From: a virus
Lineage: Duplodnaviria; Caudoviricetes
Direction: 5' to 3' (one strand)
IMG/VR virus record: IMGVR_UViG_3300006099_000008
Location: 1,219-65,218 of that record
Length of the DNA stretch: 64,000 nt
The notes under the pieces were generated by a model, which saw nothing but the letters and a program-made list of their open reading frames with translations, ran no database searches and was not told the origin of the DNA. Shown piece after piece: positions 1-8,334 of the stretch; positions within the stretch are counted from its first letter, which is position 1, and each line of letters begins with the position of its first letter. A program made the translations under genes and the position numbers.

Positions 1-138
1 ACTGATGAAGAAGGAAGAAGAAGCCAAAGGTTTATTGGCAGAAAAGCAACCGCAAATGTTAATCCTGATAATGGGGTTATAACAACGGTTTGGAAAACCG
101 GACATCGTGATATTAAAAAATATTCAAAGAAAAGGTGA
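1..138 (+). CDS. 3' end of a probable polymorphic-toxin nuclease gene (partial, runs off the window)
   Basis: Frame 1 is open from base 1: TDEEGRRSQRFIGRKATANVNPDNGVITTVWKTGHRDIKKYSKKR*. The FIG-x-KAT-x-x-VNP-x-x-G-x-ITTVW pattern resembles colicin E5-like toxin tips. Its TGA (136-138) overlaps the GTG start of the next gene. Confidence 0.6.
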   Translation, partial: TDEEGRRSQRFIGRKATANVNPDNGVITTVWKTGHRDIKKYSKKR

Positions 139-506
139 AAAACATGTTTACAGAAAAGGAAATAAAACTTATGCGCTCTATAGGCTTAGACTGTGATTTC
201 CAAAATTTATCTGAAGACGATGACTATTGGGCTGAAATAGAAGACAAAGTTGCAGATAAACTTGCAATATCTGGGTTTGATGAAGATTATTACCCAAACG
301 AAATAGGCTGGATTTGTGAAGGAATAATTGACAAGATACCTAAACCAAAGTTAGTGCGCTGGACAGGCCGGACTAAACGCCCTTATCTTACGCATAACGA
401 AGAATACGTTGTTATGTCGGAAAAAGAGGGCGAGTATGAAATTATCGACGACACTGATGAATTTAAATTCTATCCTACAGAAGGCTTTGTTGAGGTTGAG
501 GAATGA
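135..506 (+). CDS. immunity-like protein, tandem paralogue 1 (two-domain)
   Basis: Small acidic ORF coupled by GTGA overlap to the upstream toxin-like gene; near-identical to the next three ORFs. Confidence 0.6.
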   Translation: MKNMFTEKEIKLMRSIGLDCDFQNLSEDDDYWAEIEDKVADKLAISGFDEDYYPNEIGWICEGIIDKIPKPKLVRWTGRTKRPYLTHNEEYVVMSEKEGEYEIIDDTDEFKFYPTEGFVEVEE

Positions 507-871
507 AAAAAGAGATGTTTACAGAAAAAGAAATAAAACTAATGCGTTCTATAGGCCTTGATTTTGACTTCCAAAATATTTCCGGCGATCAATGGGCAGA
601 AATTGAAGAAAAAGTAGGAGACAAATTAGTTATATCAGGATTGGACAAAGACTATTACCCAAACGAAATAGGCTGGATTTGCGAAGGAATAATTGACAAG
701 ATACCAAAATCGAAGTTAGTATGTTGGACTGGCCGAACTAAACGTCCCTATCTTACACATAATGAAGAATATATTGTTATGTCAGAAAAAGAGGGCGAGT
801 ATGAAATTATCGATGACACTGATGAAATTAAATTTTATCCCGCGGAAGGCTTTGTTGAGGTGGAACGATGA
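503..871 (+). CDS. immunity-like protein, tandem paralogue 2
   Basis: Direct repeat of 135..506 with an ATGA overlap. Confidence 0.6.
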   Translation: MKKEMFTEKEIKLMRSIGLDFDFQNISGDQWAEIEEKVGDKLVISGLDKDYYPNEIGWICEGIIDKIPKSKLVCWTGRTKRPYLTHNEEYIVMSEKEGEYEIIDDTDEIKFYPAEGFVEVER

Positions 872-1236
872 AAAAAGAGATATTTACGGAAAAAGAAATA
901 AAACTGATGCGTTCTATAGGTCTTGATTTTGACTTCCAAAATATTTCCGGCGATCAATGGGCTGAGATTGAAGAAAAAGTTGGCGCTGAACTAATGTACG
1001 AAGGGTTTGACGATGATTACCGTGCCAACGAAATAGGCTGGATTTGCGAAGGAATAATCGACAAGATACCAAAATCGAAACTAGTGCGCTGGACTGGCCG
1101 AACTAAACGTCCTTATCTTACGCATAACGAAGAATACGTTGTTATGTCGGAAAAAGAGGGAGAGTATGAAATTATTGACGATACTGACGAGATTAAATTT
1201 TATCCCGCAGAAGGCTTTGTTGAGGTGGAGGAATGA
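868..1236 (+). CDS. immunity-like protein, tandem paralogue 3
   Basis: Direct repeat with an ATGA overlap. Confidence 0.6.
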   Translation: MKKEIFTEKEIKLMRSIGLDFDFQNISGDQWAEIEEKVGAELMYEGFDDDYRANEIGWICEGIIDKIPKSKLVRWTGRTKRPYLTHNEEYVVMSEKEGEYEIIDDTDEIKFYPAEGFVEVEE

Positions 1237-1472
1237 AAAAAGAGATATTTACAGAAAAAGAAATAAAACTAATGCGTTCTATAGGCTTAGACTGTGATTT
1301 CCAAAATTTGTCTGAAGATGATGACTATTGGGCCGAAATAGAAGACAAAGTTGCAGATAAATTGGTAATCGATGGTCTTGAAGTTATAAACGAAGGGCTT
1401 GAAAATGAGGATTATTATTCCAATGAAATAGGCATAATTTGTGATTCAATAATTGACAAGATACCGCATTAG
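1233..1472 (+). CDS. immunity-like protein, tandem paralogue 4 (N-terminal domain only)
   Basis: Same N-terminal domain; stops after IIDKIPH and lacks the WTGRT..LTH domain. Confidence 0.55.
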   Translation: MKKEIFTEKEIKLMRSIGLDCDFQNLSEDDDYWAEIEDKVADKLVIDGLEVINEGLENEDYYSNEIGIICDSIIDKIPH

Positions 1473-1484
1473 GGACAATCCCCA

Positions 1485-1512
1485 AAAGTTTGGTATAATT
1501 TAGGCAATATAT
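1485..1512 (+). repeat. 28-bp perfect inverted repeat, left arm (contains TGGTATAAT)
   Basis: aaagtttggtataatttaggcaatatat; exact reverse complement at 1751..1778. Confidence 0.9.
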
Positions 1513-1519
1513 GGAAAGT

Positions 1520-1546
1520 AATCCCGTATCCGTCCAATACGGGATT
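1520..1546. terminator. GC-rich hairpin, probable intrinsic terminator
   Basis: aatcccgtat-ccgtcca-atacgggatt, 10-bp stem, between convergent genes. Confidence 0.6.
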
Positions 1547-1568
1547 TTGAGTAATATGTTAAGATATG

Positions 1569-1724
1569 TTATGCTGCTGCAAACAGCCAACCGCGTAATA
1601 CTTGTTCAAACTTTTCGCACAAGCAGTTCAAAGATATTTTAACAAGCCTGACCAACGCTTCCGAAAGTTCTTTCCAAACAGCAGTTTTGGTATCTTCCCA
1701 AAGTTTCTGTTTTTCTTTGGTCAT
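1569..1724 (-). CDS. 51-aa small protein (not in the ORF track)
   Basis: MTKEKQKLWEDTKTAVWKELSEALVRLVKISLNCLCEKFEQVLRGWLFAAA, with GAAAGGAG RBS and a sigmaA-like promoter upstream. Confidence 0.6.
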   Translation of the reverse strand: MTKEKQKLWEDTKTAVWKELSEALVRLVKISLNCLCEKFEQVLRGWLFAAA

Positions 1725-1750
1725 AAAATCGCTCCTTTCTAAAATTTTCT

Positions 1751-1778
1751 ATATATTGCCTAAATTATACCAAACTTT
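1751..1778 (-). repeat. 28-bp perfect inverted repeat, right arm; part of a TTGATA-17-TATAAT promoter on the minus strand
   Basis: atatattgcctaaattataccaaacttt; -35 TTGATA at 1792..1787. Confidence 0.9.
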
Positions 1779-1822
1779 GACAAAAATATCAACAACAGCA
1801 GACGCAAAGAGGTGAAGCATTT

Positions 1823-2713
1823 ATGTATATAACAGTGAAGCAAGCAGCCGAAACGTGGGGCATTTCTGACAGAAAAGTAAGGGCTTTATGCGCCGAAGGA
1901 AAAATTGCAGGAGCTGTGAAAAAGGGGAAAATTTGGGAAATACCTGAAAACACTGGGAAACCAAACGACGGAGTAAGTGATGAAATTGAAGATATTTTAA
2001 GCGAAATAGATAAAAAGAAACGCGAGCTGGACAAGAAAAGGCCATTAACTGCCGGAGAAGCGGAAAGACTTTCGGAGGAGTTCGTCGTTGAGTATACTTA
2101 TAATTCCAACGCCATTGAGGGAAACACTCTTACATTAAGAGAAACGGACATGGTTCTGCGCGGACTAACCATTGACAAGAAGCCGCTGAAAGAACACATG
2201 GAAGCGGTTGGCCACAAAGAAGCGTTCGAATTTGTGGGCGATTTGGTGAAGGAAAACACCGAAATTTCAGAAAGTGTTATAAAGCAGATTCACTATCTTG
2301 TGCTTTCGGGGAAAAGAGAAGACCGCGGCGTTTACCGGAAGGTTCCCGTCAAAATTATGGGGGCCTCAAACGATCCTGTACAGCCATATATGATTCAGCC
2401 CAAAATGGAACAGCTTCTTTTGGATTATAAAAAAAGCACAGGGCATATTGTTAAAAGGCTGGCTCGTTTTCATGCAGATTTCGAGGGCGTTCACCCGTTT
2501 ATTGACGGAAATGGAAGAACGGGAAGACTTCTTGTTAATTTGGAATTAATGAAAGCCGGTTATCCGCCAATAGACATAAAATTTACTGACCGCATGGAAT
2601 ACTATAAGGCGTTTGACGAATATTATTCGAGAAACAATATTTGTGCAATGGAAAAATTGTTTGCCATGTATATAAATGGCAGACTTGATTTTTATTTGGA
2701 TATTTTAAAATAA
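1823..2713 (+). CDS. fic: Fic-domain protein with N-terminal excisionase-like HTH
   Basis: Canonical HPFIDGNGRTGR motif; SNAIEG inhibitory motif; N-terminal VKQAAETWGISDRKVR HTH. Confidence 0.92.
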   Translation: MYITVKQAAETWGISDRKVRALCAEGKIAGAVKKGKIWEIPENTGKPNDGVSDEIEDILSEIDKKKRELDKKRPLTAGEAERLSEEFVVEYTYNSNAIEGNTLTLRETDMVLRGLTIDKKPLKEHMEAVGHKEAFEFVGDLVKENTEISESVIKQIHYLVLSGKREDRGVYRKVPVKIMGASNDPVQPYMIQPKMEQLLLDYKKSTGHIVKRLARFHADFEGVHPFIDGNGRTGRLLVNLELMKAGYPPIDIKFTDRMEYYKAFDEYYSRNNICAMEKLFAMYINGRLDFYLDILK

Positions 2714-2740
2714 CAAAGCGGGGTGAAAAACAGAAAGGAC

Positions 2741-3100
2741 ATGGAAAGCATACTTACATCAATAAAAAAGCTGTTGGGGATTGCGGAGGAATATGAACAC
2801 TTTGACGCGGATTTGATTATACACATCAATTCCGCGTTTTCTATTTTAACACAGCTGGGAGTCGGGCCGGCAGAAGGGTTTTCGATACAAGACGAGGACA
2901 CCATTTGGACAGACTTTATACCGGCAGGAGGCAAGCTGGAGTTTATTAAATCCTACGTACATTTGAAGGTAAAGCTTCTTTTCGATCCTCCGCTTAACTC
3001 GGCGGTTATAGAGTCGATAAACAGAACTCTTGGAGAGCTGGAATGGAGAATTAATGTTGAAGCTGACTGCGGAAGAAGGGAGGAAAATCAAAATGGATAA
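2741..3100 (+). CDS. probable head-tail connector / head completion protein
   Basis: MESILTSIKKLLGI..FDADLIIHINSAF..LTQLGVGP pattern; position in the head module; GAAAGGAC RBS before ATG 2741. Confidence 0.55.
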   Translation: MESILTSIKKLLGIAEEYEHFDADLIIHINSAFSILTQLGVGPAEGFSIQDEDTIWTDFIPAGGKLEFIKSYVHLKVKLLFDPPLNSAVIESINRTLGELEWRINVEADCGRREENQNG

Positions 3101-3503
3101 TATTGCTTTAAAGCATCATGGAATCAAAGGCATGAAATGGGGGATAAGAAGAACTCCGGCACAGCTTGGACGGCAAAGCGGCAGTTATAAAAAAGCCGCG
3201 GACAGAAAGGAGAAAACAAGCAGAAAAGCCGCCGTTAAGAACAGGCGTACTCTTTCCGACGTTGATCTTGAAAAAAAGGTAAAGCGACTGAAGCTGGAAA
3301 AGGAATTTAAAGAGCTTACATACTCGGATATTGCTCCAGGGAAAAAATTTGTTTCAGACGTTATGGCTTCAGCCGGAAAGAAAGCGCTTACAGTTGCCGC
3401 CGCCGGCGCGGTTTCCTATGGCGTAAAAGTGGCCATGACAAAGGAGTTCAGCATCAAGGAAGCGGCAAGCTATATTGCGGCTAACCCTAACAAAAAGAAA
3501 TAA
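3093..3503 (+). CDS. small basic protein with LKH-HGIKGMKWG leader (probable virion/head protein)
   Basis: GGGAGG RBS before ATG 3093; leader shared with other proteins in the window. Confidence 0.7.
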   Translation: MDNIALKHHGIKGMKWGIRRTPAQLGRQSGSYKKAADRKEKTSRKAAVKNRRTLSDVDLEKKVKRLKLEKEFKELTYSDIAPGKKFVSDVMASAGKKALTVAAAGAVSYGVKVAMTKEFSIKEAASYIAANPNKKK

Positions 3504-3517
3504 GGAGGAGATGAGAT

Positions 3518-5263
3518 ATGGCGTTATCAAATACCGCCGTTCCAAAATATTACGGCATGTTTCGGGACGCCGTAATAAGGGGAGAAATACCCATATGCAA
3601 GGAAATTTCAATGGAAATGAACCGCATAGACGCGCTTATTGCAAACAAGGAATATTATTATGACGATCAGGCTGTTGAGGGGTTTATACATTACTGTGAG
3701 AGGGAACTGACACTGACAGACGGAGCCGATCTCAACCTTCTTGACACATTCAAGCTTTGGGCCGAGGAGATTTTTGGCTGGTATTACTTTGACGAAAGAA
3801 GCGTTTATGAGCCTTTCCCAGATGGGCATGGAGGACATTATGTGACTAAAGTGATTAAAAAAAGGCTTGTGAACAAGCAGTATCTTATTGTGGCAAGAGG
3901 CGCGGCAAAATCCATGTACGGTTCATGCATTCAAAGCTACTTCCTTAATGTTGACACAACCACGACACATCAAATAACAACGGCGCCGACAATGAAGCAG
4001 GCGGAGGAAGTATTGTCGCCAATTCAAACGTCAATAACACGTTCACGAGGGCCGCTGTTTAAATTCCTTACGGAAGGGTCTTTACAAAACACTACAGGCT
4101 CAAAGGCAAACCGAATGAAGCTGGCCTCTACGAAGAAAGGAATTGAAAACTTTTTAACCGGCTCGCTGCTTGAAATAAGGCCCATGAGCATTAACAAGCT
4201 GCAAGGGCTTAGAACAAAGGTGGCAACCATTGACGAATGGCTTTCCGGCGACATAAGGGAAGACGTTGTGGGCGCTATCGAACAGGGAGCCTCAAAGGTG
4301 GACGACTATCTGATAGTGGCCATGAGTTCGGAAGGAACTGTCCGCAACGGCAGCGGAGATACAATCAAAATGGAGCTTATGGACATACTGAAAGGCGACT
4401 ATGAAAATCCGCATGTGTCCATATGGTACTATAAACTGGACTCCGTTGACGAGGTGCCAAACCCCGATCTCTGGTTAAAGGCCAATCCTAATATAGGAAA
4501 GACAGTTAGCTATGAAACGTATCAGCTTGACGTGGAAAGGGCCGAAAAAGCGCCTGCCACGCGCAATGATATTCTCGCAAAGCGCTTTGGCATTCCGATG
4601 GAGGGATATACATATTTCTTCACATACGAGGAAACGCTGCCCCACAGAAAAAGAAATTACTGGCAAATGCCATGCGCGCTGGGGGCGGACTTATCACAGG
4701 GGGACGACTTTTGTGCATTTACATTTTTATTTCCACTTGCAAACGGCGAGTTTGGCATTAAGACGCGGAACTATATTTCATCGCTGACATTAATGAAGCT
4801 TCCGGCGGCTATGAGGATTAAATACGATCAGTTTATGGCTGAGGGAAGTCTTATTGTTTTGGAAGGAACTGTTCTGGACATGATACAGGTTTATGAGGAC
4901 CTGGACAACCATATTGTAAAGTACGGATATGACGTGCGCTGCTTTGGATATGACCCTTACAATGCAAAGGATTTTGTTGAAAGATGGGTTTCCGAAAACG
5001 GGCCATTTGGCGTTGAAAAGGTTATTCAAGGGGCAAAGACGGAGTCTGTGCCGCTGGGAGAGCTGAAAAAGCTTTCGGAGGAAAGAATGCTTTTGTTTGA
5101 CGAAGAACTGATGACCTTTGCCATGGGCAACTGCATTGCCATGGAGGACACAAACGGAAACAGGAAGCTCTTGAAAAGGCGGTACGATCAGAAAATCGAC
5201 GCGGTTGCGGCCATGATGGACGCTTATGTGGCTTATAAGCTGAATAGAGAAGCGTTTGAATAG
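3518..5263 (+). CDS. terL: terminase large subunit
   Basis: Walker A-like VARGAAKS, Walker B IDE, nuclease GADLSQGDD and C-terminal KIDAVAA motifs; lies upstream of the portal. Confidence 0.9.
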   Translation: MALSNTAVPKYYGMFRDAVIRGEIPICKEISMEMNRIDALIANKEYYYDDQAVEGFIHYCERELTLTDGADLNLLDTFKLWAEEIFGWYYFDERSVYEPFPDGHGGHYVTKVIKKRLVNKQYLIVARGAAKSMYGSCIQSYFLNVDTTTTHQITTAPTMKQAEEVLSPIQTSITRSRGPLFKFLTEGSLQNTTGSKANRMKLASTKKGIENFLTGSLLEIRPMSINKLQGLRTKVATIDEWLSGDIREDVVGAIEQGASKVDDYLIVAMSSEGTVRNGSGDTIKMELMDILKGDYENPHVSIWYYKLDSVDEVPNPDLWLKANPNIGKTVSYETYQLDVERAEKAPATRNDILAKRFGIPMEGYTYFFTYEETLPHRKRNYWQMPCALGADLSQGDDFCAFTFLFPLANGEFGIKTRNYISSLTLMKLPAAMRIKYDQFMAEGSLIVLEGTVLDMIQVYEDLDNHIVKYGYDVRCFGYDPYNAKDFVERWVSENGPFGVEKVIQGAKTESVPLGELKKLSEERMLLFDEELMTFAMGNCIAMEDTNGNRKLLKRRYDQKIDAVAAMMDAYVAYKLNREAFE

Positions 5264-5342
5264 AAGACGATTTATATCATTTCGTTAAATGCCTCCTTAT
5301 AATCGGCGTTTACAGCATACCGCACTTTTTGTGCGAAACAAG

Positions 5343-5369
5343 CGCAAAAAACGCATATTCTTTTATGAA
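5343..5369 (+). promoter_or_regulatory. phage-specific motif copy 1
   Basis: cgcaaaaaac gcatattctt ttatgaa. Confidence 0.7.
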
Positions 5370-5393
5370 AAAGAATTCAAAGGAGGAAACGAA

Positions 5394-5747
5394 ATGAGTA
5401 TTAGCAAAGTGAAATCATTTATAAGAAATAACAAGGAGAAAATCGCAATAGGAAGCGGGATCGTTATAGGAGGCGCGTTACTCGTGATTGCGCAAAGAAC
5501 AAACGGATTTTCAAAGGCAGCGTCATTTGCGGCTACAAAAAATTTGATTAAGGACTTAAATGTACCTGACGGATTTTTGGCTGGAAAGATTACTGAGCTT
5601 TGGGAAGAGGACGGTTGTGTGAACGCAATGGCGCGTAATTTAACAGCTAACGACCTTGGCAAGCTAGGCGAGGAATTTGTTAGAAATGGACTTGTATCTG
5701 ACGGAGCTGAGGCAGCAATAGTCGTTGAATTTTTAAAGAAATCTTAA
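5394..5747 (+). CDS. moron: small single-TM protein between terminase and portal
   Basis: AGGAGG RBS before ATG 5394; preceded by the CGC-N7-GCA-N7-TTATG motif and followed by a hairpin; IAIGSGIVIGGALLVIA hydrophobic stretch. Confidence 0.7.
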   Translation: MSISKVKSFIRNNKEKIAIGSGIVIGGALLVIAQRTNGFSKAASFAATKNLIKDLNVPDGFLAGKITELWEEDGCVNAMARNLTANDLGKLGEEFVRNGLVSDGAEAAIVVEFLKKS

Positions 5748-5758
5748 TCGAAAGGATT

Positions 5759-5785
5759 AGAGCCTTACAAAGGCTCTTTTCTTTT
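5759..5785 (+). terminator. intrinsic terminator of the moron
   Basis: agagcct-tacaa-aggctct followed by a T-run. Confidence 0.65.
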
Positions 5786-5809
5786 GCGGGAAAGGAGGAA
5801 TAATTCAAA

Positions 5810-7444
5810 ATGGAGTTATCAGTCAGTTCCAGGCTAAAGCACGCTTGGAACGCTTTTATGAACAAAGACCCAACAAAGTATTATGGGAACATTGGAGCCG
5901 GGTATTATTACAGGCCGGACAGGCCGAGGCTTACAAGGGGAAACGAGCGTTCAATCGTTACGTCGGTTTATAACCGAATTGCGCTGGACGCGGCGGCAAT
6001 AAACATACAGCATGTTCAGCTTGATGAAAACGACAGATTTTTATCCATAGTTGAGTCCGGATTTAACAACTGCCTTACAATGGAGGCCAATATAGACCAA
6101 ACGGCAAGGGCCTTTATTCAGGACGTGGTTATGTCTATGCTGGACGAAGGGTGCGTTGCCATTATACCAATTGACACAAGCCTAAATCCCGAGGTCACAG
6201 GCTCCTATGACATACTCACCATGAGGGCGGGAAAAATAATCGAATGGCACCCGCAGCATGTGAAAGCAAGGGTTTATAACGAAAAAACAGGGAACAAAGA
6301 GGACATACTTGTGCCCAAAGGCGTGGCGGCTATTATAGAAAATCCGCTTTACGCCGTTATAAACGAGCCTAATTCCACCATGCAAAGGCTTATACGAAAG
6401 CTAAACCTTTTGGACGCGGTGGACGAGCAAAGCAGCTCCGGAAAGCTGGATTTGATTATACAGCTTCCATATGTTATCAAATCGGAGGCAAGAAGACAGC
6501 AGGCGGAAAACAGAAGACGGGAAATGGAGGATCAGCTGGCGGGATCGAAATACGGCATTGCCTATGCCGATGGTACGGAAAGAATAACACAGCTTAACCG
6601 CCCTGTTGAGAACAATCTAATGAAGCAGATTGAATACCTGACGAGTATGCTTTACAGCCAGTTGGGGATCACTCAAAGCATATTAGATGGAACAGCAGAC
6701 GACAAAACTATGTTAAACTATTACAACCGCACGATTGAGCCTATTATTTCGGCCATAGTTGACGAGATGAAGCGAAAGTTCCTCACAAAAACGGCGAGAA
6801 GCCAAAAGAAGTCTATAATGTTCTTCCGCGATCCTTTCAAGCTGGTTCCCGTTGCGGAGCTGGCGGAGATTGCCGACAAGTTTACAAGAAACGAGATTGC
6901 AACTTCAAACGAAATGAGGCAGGCCATAGGCTGGAAGCCTTCCAAGGACCCGAGCGCCGACGAGCTTAGAAACAAGAACTTAAGCGCGCCTAAGGGAGAG
7001 GAAAATGCGCCGAAGGAAAAGGAAGAAGATGAAGACGACAGCCATTTGGAGCACCATGGCATAAAGGGACAAAAATGGGGCGTTAAGAACGGGCCGCCTT
7101 ATCCGATTGGAAGCGGCGGTGAAAAAGAGGTTGCGAAAAGCGGGAAAGGTGATACAATAAAATTAACTGGGCACAAAAGTCCATCTCTACATGGAACACC
7201 CAACACCGTAGTTGACCATTTATCAGATAATGGCGATGTTAAAGCTAGAGTTTTTTATGATAATTTAGGGCACAAAATAAACGAGATACATACTTCAGAT
7301 CACGGCCGTCCTAAGTATCATGATTTTGGAGAGCATGGCGAACATGCGCACGATTACGAATGGAACGAAAATGGTGAAATGATTGATAGAAGCCCGAGAG
7401 AAATTACTTCAAATGAACGAAAGGAGAATAAAGACATATTATGA
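5810..7444 (+). CDS. portal protein with C-terminal LEH-HGIKGQKWG leader plus His-rich toxin-like domain
   Basis: About aa 1-395 is HK97-type portal-like by position and sequence; then an acidic linker, the leader at aa 413-424, and a domain homologous to 33236..33700. Confidence 0.85.
   Translation: MELSVSSRLKHAWNAFMNKDPTKYYGNIGAGYYYRPDRPRLTRGNERSIVTSVYNRIALDAAAINIQHVQLDENDRFLSIVESGFNNCLTMEANIDQTARAFIQDVVMSMLDEGCVAIIPIDTSLNPEVTGSYDILTMRAGKIIEWHPQHVKARVYNEKTGNKEDILVPKGVAAIIENPLYAVINEPNSTMQRLIRKLNLLDAVDEQSSSGKLDLIIQLPYVIKSEARRQQAENRRREMEDQLAGSKYGIAYADGTERITQLNRPVENNLMKQIEYLTSMLYSQLGITQSILDGTADDKTMLNYYNRTIEPIISAIVDEMKRKFLTKTARSQKKSIMFFRDPFKLVPVAELAEIADKFTRNEIATSNEMRQAIGWKPSKDPSADELRNKNLSAPKGEENAPKEKEEDEDDSHLEHHGIKGQKWGVKNGPPYPIGSGGEKEVAKSGKGDTIKLTGHKSPSLHGTPNTVVDHLSDNGDVKARVFYDNLGHKINEIHTSDHGRPKYHDFGEHGEHAHDYEWNENGEMIDRSPREITSNERKENKDIL
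7131..7158 (+). promoter_or_regulatory. sigmaA-like promoter embedded in the portal-toxin linker
   Basis: TTGCGA-16-TACAAT with TGn. Confidence 0.5.
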
Positions 7445-7674
7445 ATGCAGATGAATTACGTCAAGAAATATCGTATGAGTATAATGATGTGAGTTTTTAT
7501 TATAATGGCAAACCATCGGGCATTTCGCCAGAAGTTCATAATTCCATACCAACTTTTTATGTGTGGTATGGCGATGAAGAAAAAGAATATTCTGATGTAA
7601 ATAAATTGATGTCGGATAAATTCTTTGACGGAAAATCGTTGGAAGAAATTGCTGATAAGGTCGACTATTTTTAG
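7441..7674 (+). CDS. probable cognate immunity protein of the portal-fused toxin
   Basis: ATGA overlap with the portal stop; homologous to 33697..33939 (ND..F.Y.G...G.......WYG.E...Y.D.......F..GKS). Confidence 0.65.
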   Translation: MNADELRQEISYEYNDVSFYYNGKPSGISPEVHNSIPTFYVWYGDEEKEYSDVNKLMSDKFFDGKSLEEIADKVDYF

Positions 7675-7688
7675 AAAGAGGAAACTAA

Positions 7689-7901
7689 ATGACTATAGAA
7701 CAATACAGCAAGGTTATTCTAAAAGACGGAAGAACTGCTACCATTGTGGAAATTTTGGAAGATGGGGCTACCTATTTAGTCGATGTGGATTTGCCGGGCC
7801 CAGACTGGGATACTATAGAAATTTTGCAAGATGATATCAAGAGCTTTACTTCATCTATATTTTCTCCAAAAAGATTTTTAATTTGGTTGAAGACGCCATG
7901 A
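7689..7901 (+). CDS. small SH3-like (DUF4926-like) immunity-type protein
   Basis: YSKVILKDGRTATIVEI pattern, similar to 51343..51540; RBS present. Confidence 0.5.
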   Translation: MTIEQYSKVILKDGRTATIVEILEDGATYLVDVDLPGPDWDTIEILQDDIKSFTSSIFSPKRFLIWLKTP

Positions 7902-8193
7902 AAAGCGTTTGAAACATGAAAGAAAATTGCACAGGAAGAAACAAAACAAGCAAGAGCCCTCCTTTCCCAAATAGCTCTTTCCTGTTTTGCGACAGGTTAG
8001 TCATCGAAATGAGCGTAACCTAATTTCTGAATTAGTTTTTGTATTTTTCTAATTCAGATTTATTTTTGCGGCTGCTTTCCGCTTTATAAATCTTAGATTT
8101 TTTATTCATATTACCCCTCTTTCTTGTGTATTTTCTTTCACTATACATCAATAAACAAAAAAATCAAGCAAAAGTTTGAGAGGTGATCATACT

Positions 8194-8334
8194 ATGGAAG
8201 TTCCAGTGAAAATAGACGTTGTTATAAATGTAGACGAAAAGTTGGACGAAACCATTGAAAAAACAAACCGACTTATAATTGCTTTACAGGAGGCAAAAAG
8301 AATTATTAATTCATTTTCATCGGAAGCAATGTAA
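8194..8334 (+). CDS. 46-aa hypothetical protein (not in the ORF track)
   Basis: GAGAGGTG RBS; MEVPVKIDVVINVDEKLDETIEKTNRLIIALQEAKRIINSFSSEAM. Confidence 0.5.
   Translation: MEVPVKIDVVINVDEKLDETIEKTNRLIIALQEAKRIINSFSSEAM

Larger units (their letters stand above)
135..1472 (+). repeat. tandem direct repeat of a ~365-bp gene unit (3 full copies + 1 partial)
   Basis: Recurrent blocks such as acagaaaaagaaataaaactaatgcgttctatagg and gaaggctttgttgaggt. Confidence 0.95.

Noticed and set aside
135-1472. CRISPR array
   Set aside because: The repeats are whole ~365-bp protein-coding units, not short repeats with unique spacers; no cas operon is present.
5289-5393. Longer N-termini predicted by the ORF track (also 55248, 56395, 32898, 33200)
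   Set aside because: The extensions run through the regulatory motif or upstream region and the SD sequences; the SD positions support the downstream ATGs.
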